Assembly (NCBI RefSeq): GCF_009914755.1
Contig: NC_060944.1
Length of the DNA stretch: 64,000 nt
Strand: one strand, 5' to 3'
Source of the DNA: the human T2T-CHM13v2.0 reference genome, Homo sapiens
Positions 1-64,000 of the stretch are shown piece after piece; position 1 is the first letter of the stretch, and each line of letters starts with the position of its first letter. The notes beneath the pieces were generated by a model. The model was not told the DNA's origin and did not search any database. It saw nothing but the letters and a program-made list of their open reading frames with translations. The translations under genes and the position numbers were made by a program.

Positions 1-1108
1 AAGATAATATAAGAAGCAAATGCTCTGGCAATAGGCTCCTAATCTATAGTGAATTGAAAGCTACAAAACTGCTTTGCAAGTTTTGATTTATTCATGTAAT
101 ACAAGTCTCAAGAATCCTTTACATAGAAATCTCTCCTATAGAGCTCTGAGGAATTATTTTATTGTCTAATCAGACTTTGAAGAATCATTTATGTTACATT
201 AAGTGTCAGCATACCCATAGTTTAATTTGTCATTTCTTTTAATCCTCTTGCTATAAAGTACATGTAATGTACAAGGGCAAACAGAATGTTAAAGAATAAG
301 AACATCTGTTAAGACACCCGAGATTTGCTATGAAAACAAGATTTTCTTTAGACTTAGCAATGCCTAGGCTACCAGTTTCTATGATCTTGAAAGTCTTTTA
401 TCATTAAGAATGAATTTTTAAAAACTCATTTGTCATCTTCAGATCATTGATGTGTCACAATGACGGAAAATCTAAAGTAATACACATGAGGTAACAAATG
501 TAGTTTCCATACAGAATCCAAATAACCCACACAGCACCACAGACTTTTTACTTGCATGAGGAATGTAACTTAGATTCAAGGAATTCTAAGAGTATGAACA
601 AGAAAATAAATTGGGATGCCATAGCCAGTGCATCATAAAACCTTAAGAGGGCTTGCTGAGAAAGGACATAAAATATCCCCACATTCTTTCTCTGTGAGTT
701 GCCAGTTTATGCTCTTTCAGGAATTTGATATAGTGATGATTTCCAGGATATATTTCTTTCACCATTATTAAGCAACAAAAATGTAAATACATTATTTTCT
801 TAGCCCTTTCTAATGCTATTTGAATTATTTCCTCCAACTAAAGTGAATATAAATAAATATGTGGAATTTTTTTTTTAAGCAAAGCAAGGACTGTACATCA
901 TAGGTCATGAAATTTACTCTTGACAGTTAAACTTGGGTCCATTTGGTCATAAAATTTAACTCTGAATTTCAGTCTATCTTTAAAAGGAGATTCCTTTCCT
1001 CCGTTTTTGAATGTTTTGTGTTTAAACAAAATTTTTGAATGGATCAAAAAAATATCAAAGGAAAGGAACTGTCCCATTGTTGAATGCAGAGCTTTGACAC
1101 AAGTCTCA

Positions 1109-51368
<50,260 letters not shown>

Positions 51369-53039
51369 CTGTAAAAGAAAGAGAAACAAGCATATTACCC
51401 TTCCAATTCATGCTTCAGACAAAGAGAGTTACCCAGTTTGAATACATGGATTTGCTCAACAAATATTTACTGAGTTCCCACTCTCTGTTAGTTCCTATTG
51501 TGCTAGGCCTTGGAGACAGAGTGGCAAACAGGACATACACGGCCTTTACACTTGTGGAGCTGTGCCAACGTGTTGTTAGCATACTAAATCAGGATCATTC
51601 AAAGGTAGGCCTTTGATTTTAACTAAAAATTGTGCTGTTCTGTATGATCATCTAATCTAGCCACCAGACTGAGCACCAAATAACCTTTAGCCACTTGCAA
51701 AAACCAAACTACCTGTATAGGAGGAAGTTTTATGGTGATAGATGCCATTAGAAAGGATGTGTCACAGGTGCTGAAGGCATCCCTAAAATGGAAGTTGCAA
51801 AGCTGTTTTTGAGCACCAACAAATAAAAGTACAGCCCCCCAAAGTGACCACTTTTTAAGAAAACATCCCTTTGGGTTTAGAAGTTATATCTCATTCTTTC
51901 AGGTCTGGTGTTGCAAAAAATATTTACAACTTCACAACACAGCTAAGGTTGGTGATAGTCGGTAACAATGTGGGTGTTAGTTTCAAGGAACAGCACCTTC
52001 TCCTTGGTCTGGAACAAAGAAATAACTTAAGAAGAGCCTGGGAGGGACAAGCAGGCTTTCTAAGAAGACAGTTACAATCATCTTTGCATGATGGCTTAGA
52101 AACAGCACCATTTGTGAGGAACCTGCTCTCTTAACAAGAGGCCTGGCATGTGCTAAAGGGCACAGACAGTTGCCCAGGTGGCATGGTTTCCCTTCAGTAT
52201 GCTGGTTACCCAATCTGTGCTCAGACTTCCTGGCCCACCCTGGTAGTTACAGAGACTGTAACATTCAGCTGCATATTCCCCCTTCTGTTTTTCCAGTTTC
52301 TTTCCCTAGTCCAATGCTCCCAAACATAACACTGAGAATCCCAGGAGAAAAAGATGAAAGAAAGGAAAGATTTTTGGGGGGGCGGGGGGCAGATCTTTAT
52401 CATATCAATACAGTCCAGCCTCATAAGCCTAAATACAAAGGGAATTGGTCATTCTGACAGGACTCACTACTTTCAAAAATAAATAAATAAATAAATAAAA
52501 GGAAAACAATTCAGTTTGATGATCTCATTGCTGATTGAGCACTTGAGATGGCTTTGGAAAAGGAGGAGATAAGTGGACATAAAAGGAATTTAAAATCAAA
52601 TACAAAAAAAATGGTTAAGGTGGTAAATTTTCTATCATATGCTTTTACCACAATTTTAAAAACTGTTTTAATGGGATACAAGGCAAGAAGAAATCCAGCA
52701 GTGAGGTGACAGGTATCCAGGTAAAGCTTGGCTCCTGTGAAGTGCAGAGCTGTCCTCGGAAGATTCTTGAATTCTGTGCCAAGGATGCCTGGCCCTCAAG
52801 GAACAAGTTTTTGCTTAGCATGCAAGGGTGTACAGACTGAAAAAGGATGAGTCACAGGTTTCTTAGGCTTTCAAAGATAACATAAAAGATCTACTCCCAC
52901 CGAGGCAGCTCTCTGAAGGTCAGAGTGAGACCCTGTCTTTTCAGCTCATATCTCATGTCCAGGACCCTTTTCTGAAGGACAGGGGTCCCCAAAGAAGCTA
53001 GAAGCAGGTGGCAGTAAGGGAGCATTCAATCCTTAGGCA

Positions 53040-53300
53040 ATAGCAAGAGCTGCAGCTAACATTTATTGAAAACATGCCATATGGGTACACTAGGGCTTCT
53101 GCAAGGCATGTTTCATGACCTGTAATCTTTATAACAATCCCACAGGGTCAATATGAAGATGCCAATTTTGTATACAGAGAAATGGAAGATTAGTGATGTT
53201 AATTGATATGCCCAAGGCTATATGGCTACTGAGTGCAGGAGCCTGGATTTGAACTTTCCATCTGGCCAAAGCTCACACCCAATTCATTGAGCATTGTATG
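53040..53300 (-). mobile_element. MIR
   Basis: gcagctaacatttattga...tgcccaaggcta..ggagcctggatttgaac. Confidence 0.75.
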
Positions 53301-53374
53301 ACCTCCTGGGGAACTACAATGATTGCTAGGCCATGAGACCAGCATGATGGAACTTGGTTAGAAATGTTAAATGC

Positions 53375-53680
53375 AGCCAGGCATGGTGGTTCACACCTGT
53401 AATACCAGCACTTTGGGAGGCTGAGGTGGGAGAACCACTTGAGGTCAGGAGTTAGAGACCAGCCTGGGCAATAGAGCAAGACCCTGTCTCTACCAAAAAA
53501 AAAAATTTAAAACATTTGCCAGCAGTGGTGGTGCACACCTGTAGTCCTAGCTACTTAGGAGGCTGAGGCAGGAGGATCACTTGAGCCCAGTAGTTTGAAG
53601 TTACAACGGGCTATGATTGTGCCACTGCACTCCAGCCTGGGCAACACAGCAAGACTCAATCTCTTAAAAATAAAAATAAA
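53375..53680 (+). mobile_element. AluJ
   Basis: Full dimer; TSD gttaaatg. Confidence 0.93.
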
Positions 53681-55019
53681 AGTTAAATGTGATGGCATAT
53701 GCAATCACTTTGGGAAAGGTCATGCAGTTCTTGATGAAAAAGCAGATATTAGTAATAAAATATATAAAATTATAATTGAAAAGTCTACCAGAAATGTTTG
53801 TATTTTTAAGGCACCTTGTTGGGAGCTTTGAAAACATATTTGCTGAAGATTAAAAAATATAAGACAAAAAAATTTCTTTCATGTGTCTCAAGGTCAGCAA
53901 GGGAAAGGCAAAGAGCTGAAATAAAAGCTTTGTTTCAGCTTCTACCAAGGACATTAAATTACCACTTTGAAACTGGCCCTAAAAGGAACAGGTTGAAGAT
54001 GATGGGCCACAAGGTGCCAAAAATATTTTACAAATTATAACAACAGTTTAAATAGAGACAAGAATCTAGGAAAACAGGAATGAAATGGACAGGTTCCACT
54101 GGTAACACATGCAACAATGCTAGCTCATAAACTGCACTGTTAGTAAAAAACTCGTTTCTGTGATTCAAAATTATCAATCCACAATATTCCTGGAAAAGAC
54201 ACTTAAAGACTTGAATCTAGATAAACTGGATCAGGTCAGTTGAAAAGGAGCTAAGAACTAATGAAAAAATTATGGCCCTGGGCAGTGGTTCCAAACAGAG
54301 GTCCATGGACAAACCTTTAACAATTATTCAAGAACTTGAAAGTCAAAATAGATTCTAATTAAGAAAATCATCCAGAATAATGAGCGTATCTGCTACAGAA
54401 TCTTCTTCATCAGTTATAACCATTTCTATACCTTTTCAACAGAAAGCCTTGAAATAATATGCTAAAACTCAGGCAACAAAAACCATTAAATTTCAGTACA
54501 TCAGGTTAAAAAAAATTAAGCATATTTCACTGTATTTTTTTGTTTTGGGTCAGGAAACATATATTTCTATCTGTAAGGAATCCATACATGGATACCTGAC
54601 AATCATTGCCTATAAGCTGCTTCCAAGCTAGTACTGTTCTCTATCCAAGCTCCTGAGGAATAGAGAGAGAGCCTTTCACTCTTATTCATATAAACAGTAT
54701 TTACTGGCCATTTACAAGTTTCTTTAAATATTGGCATGGCAAACAGGCATATATAGAGATGTGAAGGTTGAAAGGGAAGATACTCTCCAAGTTGTGATGA
54801 CATTTCCCTCTCCCAAATTTAGGATGATTCTTTCTTTGAAAGAAAAATTAAATAAAGTGATAATATAATACTATTAGACTTCCCCCAACTTTTCCTAAAA
54901 GTTGCATATTTTATGTGAAATATAGTAATTAAGGAATTTAAATATTTTTCATTTAAAACTTTAATACACTTATCAAAATTAATAACTTTTGCACTTTAAA
55001 GAATATTATCAAGAAAGTA

Positions 55020-55345
55020 CAGTTGGCCCTCTAAATCCATGGGTTCTGCATCTATGGAGTCAACCGAGGATTGAAAATATTTGAAAACAAACAAACAATT
55101 AAAAATGACAATACAACAATAAAAATACATATTTAAAAACAATATACTACAACAACTATTTATGTAGCATTTGTGTTGTGTTAGGTCTTGTAAGTAACCT
55201 AGAGATGATTTAAAGTGTATGAGAAGATGTGTATGGGTTATATACAAATACTACACCATTTTAAATAAGGGACTTGAGCATCCTCAGATTTTGGTATTCA
55301 TGTAAGGCGTTAGAACAATCCCCCATGGACGCTGAGGAAGAAGTG
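55020..55345. mobile_element. MER2 (TcMar-Tigger) DNA transposon
   Basis: TA|cagttggccctc..atccatgggttctgcatc; ctagagatgatttaaagt; agggacttgagcatcc..gattttggtat. Confidence 0.88.
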
Positions 55346-55359
55346 CATAAAGAAAATCC

Positions 55360-56455
<1,096 letters not shown>

Positions 56456-56552
56456 ATCCAGTACTAGGACATACCAAAATTGGTGCTCTCAAATATTGCT
56501 GGCAAGAGTATCAACTATTAAAAGCCTTTTTTTGCAGGACAGAGTAGCAACA

Positions 56553-57440
56553 TGTAGTGAATTCTTATAATTTTATGTTGCCTCAACATCCATTTTGGAT
56601 GTACACTGGACTTTCTCATACCAGAAGTGGAGCTTGTTCAAGCTTGATACAGTTTCTACCCTTGACCCTGCCTCCTCCCAGTTCCTCAAGGTGGTCAATC
56701 CAGATATCTGCCTTTTACAACTGCCTCCTGGTGACCACCCACCTATGGGACAGCCACAGAGCCTACCTACGTGTCTTGCTCCACTGACCCCATACCCTGC
56801 ATGGACTGCCCAGATACGCCGCAGTGACTCCACTGAACTCTAACTGCTTGCTCTAAACCCAGCAATTAGAACTCCCTGCAGGAAACCTGCTTGGGTAATG
56901 GTTAACCGCCTGGACCCTAATGAAGGCTTTGATCCATGGGTTGGTTCATCTTTCTTTCTTGCTCCCCACACACTGACTGAACATGCGTGCCCTGGATAGC
57001 TCTTCGCTTCTCACTGGCTCTGTGAGGTGTGCTGCTCTCTTCTCTCTAGGATCTGCAAGTAATAAAACTGCTTCTGTTATTTCATGTTTTGTTATGCTGT
57101 CTTCTCTGTATCTCACCTGACTGACACACATTAACCTAACTCTCCTCCTGATCAAGGCTCTCCTCGAGAGTGGTTATCTTGGTAGGAATAAAATGGACCC
57201 AGGACACAGGTTAGACAAGAGCCACAAGGTGTCTGCCAGTATAAGTAAGTCTTCTGTGAGAGGGACACCTGGTCACTGGTCACTTGCATTAGGCTGCCCT
57301 TCAGGATAGAGAAGTATCCAGTGAAAGGCACACTGTAAACACACACGACCACCCCACTGGGGCCCCATGAGGGCAGTGCTAGAAATTACAGCCACTGCCC
57401 AGGGAGTGACCTTAAGACCAAATTAGATAAAAATACAACA
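56553..57440 (+). mobile_element. MER54-family (ERVL) solo LTR, about 890 bp, inserted in an old L1
   Basis: Starts TGTAGTGAATTCTTATAATTTTATGTTGCC and ends AAAATACAACA; TSD caaca/aaaca; internal AATAAA at 57061. Confidence 0.82.
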
Positions 57441-59014
57441 AAACAATACTAAAATTTTAATTGTGGATATCCTTTTAAACAGGGCAACTTCTCTTCTAGG
57501 GCATAAATAAAGGAAACACATAATAACTCCAAAGGATTATATATAAGAATATCTGATACACAATTGTGTTTAATAGAGAAAAAAGCTATAATAACCTGTT
57601 TGCCAATCTTTAGGAAAATATTTAAATTAATAGTACACCCATCATCTGGAATAATACTACGCAACCATTATTATACGGAGGTTTAAAAGACATGAAACAT
57701 GTCTACATTTGGGAAGCAAAAAAAGAAAACCTATGGTCTAATCACATTTTTGTTTTTAAAAAATACTATACGAATGCTAGCTTTTTAAAACAATTTTTTA
57801 AAGTCTGCAAGGGCACAGACCAAATGTTAACCATCATCATGTCTGGGTGATACGACTGTGGGCAGCTTTCACTTCTTTTTTGTTCTTTGTTTTTACCTGT
57901 CTCCCATGAGTAGAATGTAAGCTTCCAGAGGCAGTGATTCTGTGGTAGTATCTAGAAAAGTACCTGGCTTATGGTATAATTCAATCCTGTGGTTACTGAA
58001 TGAAAGAAACAGTTATCTACAATTTGGAAAAGAGAAAAAGGGAGTCTATAGAATTGTACATGTAAACAGAAATGGCAATAAATATCTGTGCATAGAACAA
58101 CTAATGGAAGGAAAACAAAATGTTAATAGTAATCATCTGAGGCTATGCAAATTTGGCTGTTTATTTCTAATAGACATCTACGATTTCAATAATGAGAATG
58201 TATTACTTTCATGGTATTTTTAACAGAAAAACTTTCATATACATGTAATAGAAAAATTTTACAGACTTCTATAATAAGCGGGAAAAACTGTTTTACCAGA
58301 CAATCCATGTTTCTCCCAATCATAAGGATTCAAGAATCAAAGGCAGAATGAGAGGTGTCAGCACTGAGAGATTACATTTGACTGAGGTGCAGGACAAAGT
58401 GTGCACTTTGCACCTGGGCTGGAAAGGCCACCACAAACCCTTCATCCAGCTGTGCTTCCTTGCACCTCCAACCCAAGTAGTGAGCAAGGCCTCGCTGGCT
58501 CCTGCTGCTGGCTGGCTTTGGAGTCTTCTATCTTCTCCAGCAGGGAGAAGATGGTGTTCTGTGTTAGAAATTAGCTAAACATAAAAACGAGTAGAAAAGC
58601 TCATCAAAATTTGCAACCTTCTATGTTTTTTTAAAGTTCAAATAATAAAAATGAAAATTCAAAGGAAGTGGTAACTGTTTCTATTAATAAATCAGTTTGT
58701 GGACAACATTTCAGGTAGCTAAAGTTATTTCCTAATTAAAATTAGGATTGTTTTATTTTTTTCACCTTCACTTTCTTCTGAAAGATTTTTTTTAAAACAG
58801 GCATTTGACTACAGAACATACTAAATGTAGAAAAAAAAAAAAAACCCACATGTCCTCAGCTTTTATTTTGCTGCAATTGTACTGGAACTTATCCACTCAG
58901 CAAAGACATCTGTGTGGAATTAGCAAGACTGACCAGAGTGGGGGCAGGAACAATGTCTGTCCGATTGTGCATTTGTATGTCTCTTTCTCTCTTTCTTTTT
59001 CTGCATTTAGTATA

Positions 59015-59112
59015 CAGTCAGTCCCCGACTCATAATGGTTTGATTTATGAATTTTCAACTTTATGATGGGTTTGTCAGGACATAACTTCATCGGGAAGTC
59101 CAGGAACGTTTC
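59015..59112. mobile_element. MER47/Tigger5-type short MITE
   Basis: TA|cagtcagtccccgactcataatggtttgatttatga..tttcaactttatgatgggtttgtcaggac...|TA. Confidence 0.7.
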
Positions 59113-60154
59113 TATTTCAATCTATCTCTACTGAGGAGTCCTGTGCTTTAGGTGACAAAGCAGGTACTTTGATCCTGGTGTTCTTCACATAGTCACAGCT
59201 GGTTAGACAGTTCAGTTGCAGGTATTTAAGGATAATTCAGGTGCAGAAATCCAGTAGGTTCTTGGATAATTTTCCAAGAAAAATTTCTACAAGAATGAAT
59301 TAGACTGCCCAGCAAGAATAAAGAGAGAAGAGAAAACAGGACCAAATCCTGACACACACTAACGTTTCAGGATCACCAGAGGAAGAAGAACCTACAGAGT
59401 GAGAAGAAACAGTGAGATAAGTGAAGTTGGTGGGAAAAAATGTAAGACTGAAAGCAGGGTATCCCTGAAGCCTGAAGAAGAGAGCATTTCAAGACAGAAT
59501 CATCGCAGGTGTCAAACGCTGCTGAGAAGCAGGTAAGTGAAGCACTAAAGAGTGGTCAACAGATTTGGTAATGTCATTTTTTCAAAACCTTTCCACCCCC
59601 AAATACTTGACTCTGTCGTTTTTAGTCTCCACCTCTACTTCCATATTTTTGCAATTAAAATGGGGAGACGGGGACAGGAGATACTTTTATGATGTTTCAA
59701 GAGTCTTAGAAATTTGAAATCTCTAAATATGCCGTCAACCTAATTCTTGTTAACTCTAGGCAGTAACAAAAACTGTGGGCTAGTATATGGCTAAATTTAG
59801 ATGCTGACAGGGAAGAATTAGGAGGAGAGAGGGAAAATAATAATAAGTGCCTGTGTTGTTTTTGGAAACTACTTTTATTTCCAACTATGGCTTTGGGTAG
59901 ACCAAAACCTCACAGTAACTCAATTTCCTAATCTGCCTAAGTGGAATGATGTTTGCTCCACCAACAAAGGCCAGGAGATACATCTTTTAGAATTATTTGG
60001 TGATATATTCTAGGACAAGTAGATGCTGAACAGAATCTAGTGGGGTGAATAAGACTATTTTCCTACCTCTTCATTCCTGGCCCACATGTAGTTTTACAGT
60101 AGCTTTGGGCTACCAGAGGCCCTAGGCCCAAAACTTAGGCCAACTCTGCTCCTA

Positions 60155-60517
<363 letters not shown>

Positions 60518-60620
60518 TCATGGATAAGGAATTGTTCTTTTATATATCTCAGCCTTGTAGTCACAATGACTCTAACCACCCAGAATTGTTCTGATATTTT
60601 ACACATAAAATGGATGCCAA

Positions 60621-61160
<540 letters not shown>

Positions 61161-61755
61161 TCGTGTACTGGATACAACAAACTTAGAAATAAGAATCAGC
61201 AAGAACCTCTAACCAACCTCTATTTTGTTTCCATCACCCATTCCCCAACACACCTGTATCTCTCCTCAACCTTTCCCCAGATGACTTTCAATTCACTAAC
61301 TTTTCCTCTTCTATCCATTTCTTCATAAATCCACTTGTTCTCCAGATCAGATGAGAAACATATCAAGAATAAACAATTTATTAAGTGGACATATATTAAA
61401 TAAATGTAGTAGGACATATATTAAATAAATGATGTCTAAGACTTTTCAGCTTCACCCAGAAGGGTCCCAAGATGAGGGTCATTTTAAACATGGACTTGGC
61501 AGCTACCAAAGATCTACAACCACCATCGTAAGAATGTAGTTTGTTAGCAGTAGACATATTTCTTTTATCCTTACAAAATGAGAACGTTTTATTCTCAGTA
61601 TCTAAATATTACGTAGTTCCTGGATAGTAAGTTCATGATAAAGTTACAAACCATATCAAAATGAAAAAGACGTTCCTGTTGCACTTTTGGTTTTTTCATA
61701 ATACTTTAACCCTTTGGGCTAGTTTTCCCAAGGATGAATCAAAGTTATGCAGAGC

Positions 61756-62051
<296 letters not shown>

Positions 62052-62404
62052 TTAGGCAGAGGAAGACGATTCTTCACAGTCACATCAATACTCGTTATGC
62101 GAGCTAAAAATGTCACAGATCCAAATCCTTCATCATCACTTTGAAGCTGCTTCAAAAACTTGGTCACCAGAGCTTCCCAGACTCCTCTGGTCAAGACAGG
62201 AGACGAGGCAATTCCATTAGTTGTTTTTAAGTAGCCTTTTTTATGACAGTGTTTTCTACATGTAAACTTACTAGACTTACAGCTTCTTTATGCATAGGAT
62301 TTTAAAATTAGCAGCTTATTTCCATTAAAATTTTGTGTCTGTCTCATAAATGCTAGTGACGTATTTGATAACATTAGTAACATGAATTAAATGAACCACA
62401 GTGC

Positions 62405-62650
62405 AATTTAAATATTAAATTTTAATATTAACATATAATTAATCATACTATAAATATTTTAATGTTAATATTTTATACTAATTAAAATATTAGTATTTTA
62501 ATACTAAAATATTACACAGTAATATGATTACTATATAATCATATGTACTGTTATGATACTATATTATAATAATCATATTACTGTGTATGTATAGTAATAT
62601 TACTATATCATAGTAATATATGATTACTATGTAATATTTTAGTTAAAATT
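62405..62650. repeat. AT-rich nested inverted-repeat tract
   Basis: Several 9-21 bp inverted repeats checked by hand (see findings). Confidence 0.85.
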
Positions 62651-64000
62651 GTGTCAACTTACATACAATTTACTTTGGTCTTATAAATACCATAAATAAA
62701 TGTACTGGCAAACTATGATTCTAGTCAGGATGGGCCTCTGAGGTCGAGTTCAAACTCCCATCTCATGCTTTCTAACATACAAGCAAAGAATTAGGAGAGA
62801 GAGAAAATAATAACTAATAAGTTCTGGAGACAGGGAGCTTACTGCTTACAAGGCATATGGCACAGCTACGCAGCTCAACTTCTCCGGATGTCCTTCTTTA
62901 TATGAAGCCTATCCTCCTCTAACTCTCCCCACGTGTCCCATTCTCTTCCACAGGTCCAGCAATAGACACATTTAACTCTTTTCCACGTGATGCCCTTAAG
63001 TCTTCATTTCCTCAGGCTACACAGTCCTAGCTTCATCCACAGCTCACATGAAATAAATCAGCGTTATTTTGCCATCTCAGTGACTTTATTCTGGCCTCGA
63101 GTGTATGTTTCAGAACATAAAGTAAGAATAATGAAAAAAATATATTAAGATATGTTCAAAGAGGGGAAAGCATTTAATGCTCAGACTTCTTTTCCTTTTT
63201 GGAGGAGGGAGGAGAAAAGAGGTGGATAGGTCCCTTTTAAGTCCTTTTGAAACATGATTCTAGGGTGAGGCTCTTTAGTCATCTAGGCTAGTTATTGGCC
63301 CAGATGATCTTCAGACCCTCTGCAGGATGAGGCCAAAAAGTCTTAAAAGTAAATTATTCACTCAACCATATTATCAACTTTGCTATTCTTCCTCTTTCAC
63401 TATTCTAAATTATGGATCATGATTTAGTGATCCATACTACTAGTAAACTGAGTCCTCATCTCTCCCTAGAGGATTTCTGGGACCAATTCTTTTGGGAATT
63501 ATTCTTTGTCCTAGTTCACCCTTGGTCACCACCCAAAATTCAGCACCACACACTAGGCCTTTCCTTTCTCCCTTCCCACCACGTCTTTCAACTTCCCAAA
63601 ACCACCTATATTACTCTCTTCCCTCCTAAGCTTTCCTCCTGAGGACCCTGAAGCAAAAAGCCTGAAACCTAGCTCCCCACAGAAGACGCTGCCTCTTTTT
63701 AGAACACTCTCAATTTCTTTGGTGGGGCTGACCTTCCCTTGGCCCCCATACTCTCCAATTCCAGAGCATGATCTTCCACCACAAGGTAAAACTCTGGCTC
63801 TTCCGAGGCATATTTCATCCCCTGGTTACATTAATGGTTTGTAACCAGGCTAGAAATTTCTTGAGAAATTGCTTTAGTTACTACTGAACCTGACCCCAAG
63901 TAGAACGCAAATATTTCTGAACTAGTATTAATAAATTAATGCTGAAAAACTCAACAAATTGTTCAGTGAATAAATTATACCCATATTCACTCCAGGGAAG

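Noticed and set aside
58640-58670. ATGAAAATTCAAAGG on + resembling the CHD6 start peptide
   Set aside because: Wrong strand and no splice context; the true start exon must lie beyond the window.

Overview
Primate DNA, almost certainly human (an AluY is present). The whole window lies inside the CHD6 chromatin-remodeller gene on the minus strand. Fourteen coding exons were delimited by hand, all with GT-AG boundaries. They total 2435 nt and splice into one uninterrupted frame: Lys/Glu/Pro-rich N-terminus, tandem chromodomains, then SNF2 ATPase motifs I-IV. Exon numbers 3-16 follow my recollection of the canonical model; the start-codon exon lies beyond 64000 and the rest of the gene below position 1. 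The introns are mostly Alu, L1, L2, MIR, LTR and DNA-transposon fossils, often nested and with readable target-site duplications (TSDs). I found no convincing new multi-gene system. Best leads: candidate intronic termination in intron 8 truncating CHD6 after chromodomain 1; a 5' splice site rebuilt at the exon 14/15 junction; a candidate 97-nt poison exon in intron 3; an Alu and an L1 inserted at one triplicated target site; a nested AT-rich palindrome; and ARE/MARE-like motifs in intron 3. Repeat subfamily names and the boundaries of old repeats are by eye and approximate.
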